IMG/VR virus record: IMGVR_UViG_3300027712_000027
Strand: one strand, 5' to 3'
Length of the DNA: 64,000 bases
DNA from: an uncultured virus (IMG/VR IMGVR_UViG_3300027712_000027)
Lineage: Duplodnaviria > Heunggongvirae > Uroviricota > Caudoviricetes
Shown here one piece after another: positions 56,572 through 64,000 of the stretch. Numbering within the stretch: position 1 is the first letter of the stretch; the number at the start of each line of letters is the position of its first letter. Under the pieces are notes generated by a model that did no database searches, was not told where the DNA came from, and saw only the letters and a list, made by a program, of their open reading frames with translations. The translations under genes and the position numbers were made by a program.

Positions 56572-59031
56572 ATGGCTTTTTATACAAATGTATTTCAACG
56601 TGGTGACAAAATTTATGTTCGTGGATTCGATAAGGGAACACGAACAAAGGAAGTAGTGGCATATAAGCCGTATATGTTTATCCATAAGCCAGAGGGTAAG
56701 TATCGTACTCTTGATGGTAAGCCAGTTGCAAAGCTCGACTTTGATGGTATTAAGGACGCCAAGGATTTCATTGAGCGTTATTCCGATGTCTCCAATATGG
56801 AGATTTATGGACTCACAACTTTCCCCTACCTTTATATTTTTGATACATTTAAGGGCGACATCAATTATGATCCGTCGCAGGTTAGCATTGGCACAATTGA
56901 TATTGAGTGTGCTGCTGACGAAGGATTTCCCGACATTCAAAAGGCAGATAAGCCTCTGACTGCGATTACTGTTCGTTGTCGGAAACGTAATTACGTATTT
57001 GGTTGTGGTGAGTTTTTCACTACCGATCCAAATACATATTATGTCAAGTGTAAAGATGAGTATGAGTTGATTCAGAAGTTTCTTCAGGCCTGGGAAGCTC
57101 TTGATCTTGATATTATCACCGGCTGGAATATTGAGTTTTTCGATATCCCATACTTGGTAAATCGTATTGTTAAACTGTTTAATGTTACAGAGGCCAAACG
57201 TCTTTCACCATGGCGTATTCTTGATGAAAAAACTATCGAGTTTCGTGGTAAAGAAAATCAGAGTTATGCACCTGCCGGCATCGCAGTTATGGATTACTAC
57301 CAGCTTTATCGTAAATTCAGTTTCGGTAATCAGGAGAGTTATAAGCTCGACTATATCGCTCAAATTGAACTCGGCGAGAAAAAGTTAGATTATTCCGAGT
57401 ATGGATCTTTGCTTGAGCTTTACCGTAATAATCATCAGAAGTTTATTGAATATAACATTCTCGATTGTGTTCTTGTTGAACGACTTGATGAGAAAATGAA
57501 GTTCATTGAACAGGTGATGGCTCTGGCATATGATGCCAAGGTAAATTATAACGATACCATGACTACGGTTCGTTCATGGGATGTCATTATCCATAATTAT
57601 CTGCTCGAACAAAATATCGTAATTCCTCAGTTTAAAAGCTCGAAAGAGCAGTTTGAATTGGTCGGCGGTCATGTTAAGGAAGTTAAGCCAGGATTGAGTA
57701 AGTGGGTTGTTTCTTTTGACTTGAACTCGCTGTATCCTCATCTTATCATGCAATATAATATCAGCCCGGAAACACTTGTTGGTAGAACTCAGTTTCCAAG
57801 TATTGATTATTTGCTAGAAGGTCACTGGGAATATCGTGACAGTTCGGTAGCGTATGCTGCCAATGGTTGCACTTATCGGAAAGATAAGCAAGGGTTTCTC
57901 CCAGCTCTTATGGAAAAGCTCTATAATGATCGAGTTGTTTATAAGAAAAAGATGATCGAGGCAAAGCAGCGTTATGAACTTACCAAAAGCAAAGACGACG
58001 AAATGCTTATTGCACGATACCATAATATGCAAATGGCTCGTAAAATTCAATTGAACTCGGCTTACGGTGCACTCGGCAATAGGTATTTCCGTTGGTTCAA
58101 TTTCAATAATGCCGAGGCGATTACTATGTCTGGTCAGCTTTCCATTCGTTGGATTGAAAAAAAAATGAATATCTTTATGAATAAGGTATGTAAAACAACT
58201 GATATTGATTATGTTATTGCGGCGGATACAGATTCGATTTATGTGACTTTTGAAAAGCTTATACCTGATGGTTCTAATGAACTCGACGCTGTCAATTTAA
58301 TTGATAAGTTTTGTGAGAGTAAAATACAGCATTATATTAACAGCTGTTATGACGAGCTAGCAGGTATGATGAATGCATATCAACAGAAAATGCAAATGAA
58401 GCGTGAAACCATTGCCAATAAAGGTATTTGGAAAGCGAAGAAAATGTATATTCTTAATGCCTGGAACGTTGAAGGTGTGCAGTATGATAAGCCAAAGCTG
58501 AAGATTCAGGGTATCGAGGCAGTTCGTTCATCAACTCCGCATGTTTGTCGTGAAAAGATTAAACAGGCTCTGACTATTATTATGAATCAAAATGAAAGCG
58601 ATCTTATCAAGTTTAACGAGAAATTTCGCGAAGAGTTTATGTCACTTCCTTTTGAAGATGTTGCTTTTCCCCGTGGTGTTAAAGGCATAAGTAAATATTC
58701 AGATAAAAATAGTATTTATGGTAAAGGAACTCCTATTCAGGTTCGTGGAGTTCTTCTATATAATCATTTGATCAAGCGTCATGGTATTGGTAACCTTGCA
58801 CCAATTCAAGATGGCGATAAGATTAAGTTTGTTTATTTGAAAACACCTAATCCTATTAATGAAACTGTTATCGCCGCAATAGATACTCTACCAAAAGAAT
58901 TTGGTTTAGATTCATATATCGATCGAGATACCCAGTTCAATAAGTCTTATCTTGAACCACTTCGTTCAATTGCGGATTGTATTGATTGGAAAATAGAACA
59001 ACTAGCAACATTGGAGGATTTCTTTGGCTAA
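56572..59031 (+). CDS. DNA polymerase, family B (gp43)
   Basis: DIE exonuclease motif; SFDLNSLYP; KIQLNSAYG; DTDS; KKMY; promoter at 56491-56518. Confidence 0.97.
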   Translation: MAFYTNVFQRGDKIYVRGFDKGTRTKEVVAYKPYMFIHKPEGKYRTLDGKPVAKLDFDGIKDAKDFIERYSDVSNMEIYGLTTFPYLYIFDTFKGDINYDPSQVSIGTIDIECAADEGFPDIQKADKPLTAITVRCRKRNYVFGCGEFFTTDPNTYYVKCKDEYELIQKFLQAWEALDLDIITGWNIEFFDIPYLVNRIVKLFNVTEAKRLSPWRILDEKTIEFRGKENQSYAPAGIAVMDYYQLYRKFSFGNQESYKLDYIAQIELGEKKLDYSEYGSLLELYRNNHQKFIEYNILDCVLVERLDEKMKFIEQVMALAYDAKVNYNDTMTTVRSWDVIIHNYLLEQNIVIPQFKSSKEQFELVGGHVKEVKPGLSKWVVSFDLNSLYPHLIMQYNISPETLVGRTQFPSIDYLLEGHWEYRDSSVAYAANGCTYRKDKQGFLPALMEKLYNDRVVYKKKMIEAKQRYELTKSKDDEMLIARYHNMQMARKIQLNSAYGALGNRYFRWFNFNNAEAITMSGQLSIRWIEKKMNIFMNKVCKTTDIDYVIAADTDSIYVTFEKLIPDGSNELDAVNLIDKFCESKIQHYINSCYDELAGMMNAYQQKMQMKRETIANKGIWKAKKMYILNAWNVEGVQYDKPKLKIQGIEAVRSSTPHVCREKIKQALTIIMNQNESDLIKFNEKFREEFMSLPFEDVAFPRGVKGISKYSDKNSIYGKGTPIQVRGVLLYNHLIKRHGIGNLAPIQDGDKIKFVYLKTPNPINETVIAAIDTLPKEFGLDSYIDRDTQFNKSYLEPLRSIADCIDWKIEQLATLEDFFG

Positions 59032-59242
59032 AGATAAAGAATATGATTTCGGATTTACTTTTGCAAATGAAGATGAATTGGTAACAGATACATCACGTGA
59101 AAAGTTAATTCAGCTTCGTGATATGATCATGCCACTTCTTAATAATTTAAAAAAAAATCCCGATAAAGAAATGATTAAGTGGCCCAATAGAATAACATCT
59201 ATTGATGCTATGATCGCTAAAATTAACACTCTTGTAGAATAG
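59024..59242 (+). CDS. Conserved small protein downstream of gp43
   Basis: DFGFTF...IMPLLNNLKKNP.K..I.WPNR. Confidence 0.7.
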   Translation: MAKDKEYDFGFTFANEDELVTDTSREKLIQLRDMIMPLLNNLKKNPDKEMIKWPNRITSIDAMIAKINTLVE

Positions 59243-59250
59243 GAAATAAA

Positions 59251-60294
59251 ATGTCACTTAAGGAAAAGCTTATCAAGAACAGTACCATCGATTTGACAGC
59301 AAGCTTGCTTGACTCGAAAATTTTCACCAAGAAAGATATGATTCCCACATCTGTTCCAATGATTAACGTTGCTTTGTCCGGCTCTGTTGATGGTGGTATT
59401 ACTCCTGGTCTTACTATGTTGGCCGGTCCATCAAAACACTTTAAGTCAGGTTTCTCGCTCCTGTTAGCAGCTGCCTTTCTAAAGAAGTATAAGGATGGTA
59501 TTATCCTTTTCTATGACTCTGAGTTTGGTACTCCTCAGTCATACTTTACTACTTTCGGTATTGATCTTGAATCTGTTGTTCATACTCCTATTACTGACGT
59601 TGAAGAACTGAAGTTTGATATTATGACACAGTTGAAGAGCATTGATCGTGGTGACCATGTTATGATTTTGGTTGACTCGATTGGTAACTTGGCTTCGAAA
59701 AAAGAAATTGAAGATGCGCTGAATGAAAAGTCAGTTGCGGATATGACTCGTGCCAAGCAGCTTAAGTCTCTATTCCGTATGATTACACCTCATCTTTCGC
59801 TTAAAAACATTCCAATGGTTGCTATCAATCATACCTATATGGAAATTGGTATGTTCCCCAAAGCTATCGTCAGTGGTGGTACTGGTGCATATTATGGTGC
59901 TGATAATATCTGGATTATCGGTCGTCAGCAAGATAAGGATGGTACTGAAATTGCCGGATATCATTTCGTTATTAATGTTGAGAAGTCTCGTTTTGTTAAA
60001 GAAAAGTCAAAAATTCCGATTACGGTTTCATTTGATGGTGGTATTAATCGTTGGTCTGGTCTTCTGGATGTGGCGATTGAAGGTAACTACATTGTTAAGC
60101 CAAAGGTTGGTTGGTATGCTACGGTTGATAAGGAAACTGGTGAAGTACGTCAGCCAAGCAAGAGAGCCGCTGATATTGTGGACAATAAAGAGTTTTGGAT
60201 GGATATGTTCAAAAACACTGATTTTGCCCAGTACATCGAAAGTAAGTACAAGATGGCGATGGGTCCTATAATGGATAATGACGATGAAGAATAA
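59251..60294 (+). CDS. uvsX: RecA-like recombinase UvsX
   Basis: AGPSKHFKS; FYDSEFG; DSIGNLASKKE; VADMTRAK. Confidence 0.95.
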   Translation: MSLKEKLIKNSTIDLTASLLDSKIFTKKDMIPTSVPMINVALSGSVDGGITPGLTMLAGPSKHFKSGFSLLLAAAFLKKYKDGIILFYDSEFGTPQSYFTTFGIDLESVVHTPITDVEELKFDIMTQLKSIDRGDHVMILVDSIGNLASKKEIEDALNEKSVADMTRAKQLKSLFRMITPHLSLKNIPMVAINHTYMEIGMFPKAIVSGGTGAYYGADNIWIIGRQQDKDGTEIAGYHFVINVEKSRFVKEKSKIPITVSFDGGINRWSGLLDVAIEGNYIVKPKVGWYATVDKETGEVRQPSKRAADIVDNKEFWMDMFKNTDFAQYIESKYKMAMGPIMDNDDEE

Positions 60295-60484
60295 AGTAAT
60301 CTCCACTTTCTACTCTGATGACCTACGAAAGCAAGTGGATATTGTTGAAATTGGCAATGGCGATATTTTCGCCCTTGACTACTACTATGATAAAGAGTAT
60401 ACTAATTCTAGAATATTGGCCGAGTGTTCAATAAAGGAAGCAGAACTGGCAGCACAAGAATATGTATTAGAAAAATCTATTTGA
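60278..60484 (+). CDS. Hypothetical protein
   Basis: 68-aa ORF between uvsX and gp41. Confidence 0.55.
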   Translation: MTMKNKVISTFYSDDLRKQVDIVEIGNGDIFALDYYYDKEYTNSRILAECSIKEAELAAQEYVLEKSI

Positions 60485-60497
60485 TGAGGGAAATAGC

Positions 60498-61904
60498 ATG
60501 GCAATCGAACGGACCATTTTTAGCAATTTATTATACAATGAAGATTATGGTCGTAAAGTTATTCCTTTTCTTAAGGAAGAATATTTCACGGATTATTGTG
60601 ATAAAGTCGTTTTCGAACTCATCAGTGAATACGTAAAGAAATATAATGCATTCCCATCTAAGGAAGCTATGGCCATTGACCTAACTAACAAGAGTGGTTT
60701 GGGTGAGGAAAGTTTTCGAAATATTGCAGATACTATTTCTAAATTTGATCGCGATGAAGATACTAAAATCGAGTGGTTGCTTGATCAAACTGAAAAGTTT
60801 TGTCAGGAAAAAGCCGTTTATAATGCTATCATGTCATCAATTCAAATCCTTGATGATAAAACTGGTAAAACTTCCAAGGGTGGTATTCCTCAAATTTTGA
60901 GCGACGCTCTTGGTGTATCTTTTGATACACATATCGGCCATGACTTTCTTGAAGATGCCGAGGCTCGTTTTGAGTTTTATCATATGAAGGAATCACGTGT
61001 TCCTTTTGATATTGAATATATGAATAAGATCACACAGGGCGGCTTGCCTAAAAAGACATTGAATATCGCTCTTGCCGGTACTGGTGTTGGTAAGTCTCTC
61101 TTTATGTGTCACTGTGCTGCTGCTAATATGACAGCTGGTCTGAATGTTCTTTATATTACGCTAGAAATGGCCGAAGAAAAGATCGCAGAACGTATTGATG
61201 CTAATTTGCTGAATACTCCGGTACAAGAGCTTATCAGTATGCCCAAGGAAATGTATGATAATAAAGTTGCTCGTATCCGTAAAAAAACTACTGGTAAAAT
61301 TATTATCAAGGAATATCCGACCACATGCGCTGGGTCGGCAAACTTTCGCCATCTTCTAAATGAGTTGAAGCTCAAGAAAAATTTCGTTCCGGACATCATA
61401 TATATTGATTACCTGAACATTTGTATGTCATCGAGGTTAAAACATGGAACCGGAGTCAATTCTTATACCCTTGTCAAAACGATCGCAGAAGAACTACGAG
61501 GACTTGCAGTGGAGTTCAATGTTCCTGTCGTCTCTGCGACTCAAACAACTCGAAGCGGATATTCGAACAGCGACGTGGGACTGGAAGATACAGCAGAATC
61601 CTTTGGACTCCCGGCCACAGCTGATTTTATGTTTGCACTCGTCACGTCCGAAGAACTGGAAGAACTCAATCAAATTATGGTTAAGCAGCTCAAGAATCGC
61701 TATAATGATCCAGGGCTTCATCGTCGCTTTGTTGTTGGTGTGGATCGCAGCAAGATGCGGCTTTACGATGTAGAACAATCAGCACAGGATGAGCTTATGG
61801 ACGACAAGCCTGTGATGGATAAGGGAAAGTTCATGTCCGAAGATATGGAACGTAATATGCCCCGTAAGAAGTTTGATAAAGGAAAGTTTGAGGGCTTCAA
61901 GTGA
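60498..61904 (+). CDS. Replicative DNA helicase gp41 (DnaB-like)
   Basis: LAGTGVGKS; YITLEMAEE; IDYLN; SATQTTR; ESFGLPATAD; KQLKNRY. Confidence 0.96.
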   Translation: MAIERTIFSNLLYNEDYGRKVIPFLKEEYFTDYCDKVVFELISEYVKKYNAFPSKEAMAIDLTNKSGLGEESFRNIADTISKFDRDEDTKIEWLLDQTEKFCQEKAVYNAIMSSIQILDDKTGKTSKGGIPQILSDALGVSFDTHIGHDFLEDAEARFEFYHMKESRVPFDIEYMNKITQGGLPKKTLNIALAGTGVGKSLFMCHCAAANMTAGLNVLYITLEMAEEKIAERIDANLLNTPVQELISMPKEMYDNKVARIRKKTTGKIIIKEYPTTCAGSANFRHLLNELKLKKNFVPDIIYIDYLNICMSSRLKHGTGVNSYTLVKTIAEELRGLAVEFNVPVVSATQTTRSGYSNSDVGLEDTAESFGLPATADFMFALVTSEELEELNQIMVKQLKNRYNDPGLHRRFVVGVDRSKMRLYDVEQSAQDELMDDKPVMDKGKFMSEDMERNMPRKKFDKGKFEGFK

Positions 61905-61962
61905 AAATAGTTGTTGACTTTTGTTATCAACTGGGGTATAATATGTTTTTGGATAGGAGCTT

Positions 61963-62205
61963 TTGATGAAGCGTGAAATTGATAACGAGACGCTAATGGT
62001 TCATCTTCAAAATTATATGTGTCAAGATCACATTCGACTCGTTGACAATCAACTGGGAGAAAGCTTGATTAATCCTACTTATTTGTTTAAACTTTGTATG
62101 AATGTTATTGAACTACAAACCCAAGAACTAACTATTCTTCGTGATCAAAATCGAGATTATCAAAATGAATTGCGTTTTGTTGGACGTCGTTTGGAGGCTT
62201 TATGA
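61963..62205 (+). CDS. Hypothetical protein
   Basis: AGGAG ribosome-binding site; promoter TTGACT-17-TATAAT at 61914-61942. Confidence 0.6.
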   Translation: MMKREIDNETLMVHLQNYMCQDHIRLVDNQLGESLINPTYLFKLCMNVIELQTQELTILRDQNRDYQNELRFVGRRLEAL

Positions 62206-62384
62206 ATTATAAAATTGTCGAAAAAGATAAGAAGTTTTTGGTCATTGAAACTAAAACTGATCAGATCATTGATCAGTATAACACTCGTCAAGAGGCAAAA
62301 GAACGGCTACGGTTTCTAAATTTAGGTGGCGCTTTTGATGGATTTTCTCCATCTTTTATTCTAAAAAAGAATTTTTTATACTGA
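62202..62384 (+). CDS. Conserved small T4-like hypothetical protein
   Basis: FLNLGGAFDGFSP.FIL. Confidence 0.65.
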   Translation: MNYKIVEKDKKFLVIETKTDQIIDQYNTRQEAKERLRFLNLGGAFDGFSPSFILKKNFLY

Positions 62385-62414
62385 AAAAGTTGAACAGCTG
62401 ACTAAATAATATAT

Positions 62415-62518
62415 ACGATTAAAATATGTATTGCGCACAGTCGCAAGAGGCACGAGTCCAGGAGACACGGAATAGTTGGGAGCAAATGGTGGGGTTCCAC
62501 CCAACCATATTTTATCGT
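62415..62518 (+). ncRNA. Candidate structured late ncRNA
   Basis: Lies between TAAATA (62403) and a terminator; 13-bp closing stem; internal hairpins; no ORF or RBS. Confidence 0.6.
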
Positions 62519-62521
62519 TAC

Positions 62522-62551
62522 AGGCGGGTCCGAAAGGGCTCGCCTTTTTTT
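62522..62551 (+). terminator. Intrinsic terminator
   Basis: AGGCGGGTCC-GAAA-GGGCTCGCCT-TTTTTT. Confidence 0.9.
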
Positions 62552-62597
62552 ATGGTTTAAGTTTAGATAAATACTTAAAATTATTCGGAGATTTTTC

Positions 62598-64000
62598 ATG
62601 CTATCATTCAATACTTTCTGTATCATAAATTATATCCCATCAAGTTATGGCGACATAACAGAAGAATTGAATGATGCACAAAAAGCTGCTGTTGATAAAT
62701 GGACAAAAACAAATCGTGCACAAGAAATATCAAGTCATGTAATTCCCCCAGGACAAGATAGAATTTCAATACCATTGGGCGGTGGCGAAGCTGATACAGC
62801 AGTTCCACACCCAGATGTTCAACAACATCTTGAAAATAATGGATATAAGATATCTGATTATAAAGCAGGACTTGTACAGGATCCGAAATACCCAAATAGA
62901 TCTTTAAAAATTGGTGGTGTACTTCAGAAAACTGGTGCATCTCCAAATCTTATGAAAACATATCAAAACGATCCTGCCAGAAGCGCATCTAGAGTTGGTA
63001 GCGGTGGTTTGCATGTAGTTATTTCACGTCATCCACATGATGTTGCTGGTATGTCAACAAATCAAGGTTGGAGATCATGCATGGCTTTGGATCCAAGAGG
63101 TAGAGTAGGAAACGGTAATGATGGCTTTGATACTTTGGATAATGCTGGTCAATTTAGTCATTATCTTAAAGCTGATGTTCAGCATGGAACTCATGTTGCA
63201 TACCTTGCTCATGCTGATGATCCAGAGGCTAAAAATCCAATAGCAAGAATTGCTCTTAAACCATTCGAACCTGAAGATAAAACAAAATCAACTATTTTAA
63301 GCCCCGAAGAAAAAATATATGGTACTTCGGATAATATATTTGGAGATACAGTTAGAAAATGGGCTGCAACTAATTTTCCTCCAGACCCAAATACTGTATA
63401 CAATAAAAATCCAAAATTATATGATGATGATAAAAGAAGTAGTATCGCATCATCACCTGACCCATTGTTAAATTCTAAAAATTCAATAACTAGAGCAAAA
63501 GCTTTTGATCCAAATCAAGAGGGTGTTACCGCAAATCATATATCAAGAGGTCTTAAAGATAAAGATAGAAAGGTCAGATTGGCTGCTATTACACATGCTA
63601 ATGCGAATCAAGAACATATTGCCACAGCTTTAAAAGATGATGATGGTGGCGTTGTCACAGCCGCAATACAACATCGTAATGCATCTGCAGAGCAAGTTAA
63701 TTTTATTGTGGATCATCCAAATCCACAAGCTAAATTGGCTGTGGCTAAAAATCCTAATTTAACTTCAGATCAAATTAGTAGATTATTAAAAGATAAAACT
63801 AAAGGTGATTACGGTGATTTAATTGTGGCACAGGCAGCAGCTGAACATCCGAATTTAAATTCGGATCATATCAGTTATATATTAAAAACAAAAAATTCAA
63901 AACTTAAACATATTGCTCTGCAACATCGTAATGTTTCAGAAGATAATATTAATGAAGCGTTGCAAGATACAGATTATGTTACTAGAGCTACCGCCATACA
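62598..64000 (+). CDS. Late protein with C-terminal HEAT/LRV-like repeats (3'-truncated by the window; absent from the ORF track)
   Basis: Open frame MLSFNTF...ITEELNDAQK...ISRHPHDVAGMST..GWRSCM...LKDKDRKVRLAAITH...; TAAATA at 62568 and GGAG ribosome-binding site. Confidence 0.8.
   Translation, partial: MLSFNTFCIINYIPSSYGDITEELNDAQKAAVDKWTKTNRAQEISSHVIPPGQDRISIPLGGGEADTAVPHPDVQQHLENNGYKISDYKAGLVQDPKYPNRSLKIGGVLQKTGASPNLMKTYQNDPARSASRVGSGGLHVVISRHPHDVAGMSTNQGWRSCMALDPRGRVGNGNDGFDTLDNAGQFSHYLKADVQHGTHVAYLAHADDPEAKNPIARIALKPFEPEDKTKSTILSPEEKIYGTSDNIFGDTVRKWAATNFPPDPNTVYNKNPKLYDDDKRSSIASSPDPLLNSKNSITRAKAFDPNQEGVTANHISRGLKDKDRKVRLAAITHANANQEHIATALKDDDGGVVTAAIQHRNASAEQVNFIVDHPNPQAKLAVAKNPNLTSDQISRLLKDKTKGDYGDLIVAQAAAEHPNLNSDHISYILKTKNSKLKHIALQHRNVSEDNINEALQDTDYVTRATAI

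Noticed and set aside
56572..61904. Introns or inteins in gp43, uvsX or gp41
   Set aside because: The ORFs are continuous and of normal length, with no intein motifs
62440..62505. c-di-GMP-I or cobalamin riboswitch call for the candidate ncRNA
   Set aside because: Only fragmentary resemblance (GGCA.., GGTGGGGTTCC); core motifs are missing and the downstream gene has its own promoter
1..64000. Alternative genetic code
   Set aside because: Conserved genes are full length in the standard code and use TAA, TAG and TGA as genuine stops

Overview
A 64-kb segment of a T4-like (Tevenviridae/Kyanoviridae-type) myovirus genome. The host is probably an alphaproteobacterium, judged from the permuted tmRNA with tag ANDNFAQEFALAA, a DUF1127 protein and a ROSE-type hsp20 leader. 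1-27 kb (minus strand) is a late tail-fibre/baseplate block: LamG-like lectin paralogues, fibres, a split DUF4815-type protein, gp8/9/7/6/25, a tripartite gp5, gp53 and gp48. 27-32 kb (plus strand) holds gp4, gp2, a tube-initiator-like gene, gp26/gp51 joined by a probable -1 frameshift, and a tape-measure-like lysin. 32-35.5 kb holds gp32, gp59, gp33, two tRNAs (one a non-canonical UAU tRNA) and a two-piece tmRNA. 35.5-53 kb is a hyperplastic early region of small ORFs with about 20 near-consensus sigma70 promoters. Many of these promoters are tied to 21-bp-phased arrays of a 14-bp palindrome (GWWAC-N4-GTWWC), four times between divergent promoters. This region also carries an HD alarmone-hydrolase-like gene and an unannotated ArfA-like peptide. 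53-64 kb holds spanins, hsp20, DUF1127, a GH19 endolysin, a holin, gp43, uvsX, gp41, a candidate late ncRNA and a HEAT-repeat protein. The highlights are the phased operator/divergent-promoter regulon and a phage translation-rescue kit (tmRNA, ArfA-like peptide, alarmone hydrolase, tRNAs). All calls come from reading the sequence by eye; no searches were run.
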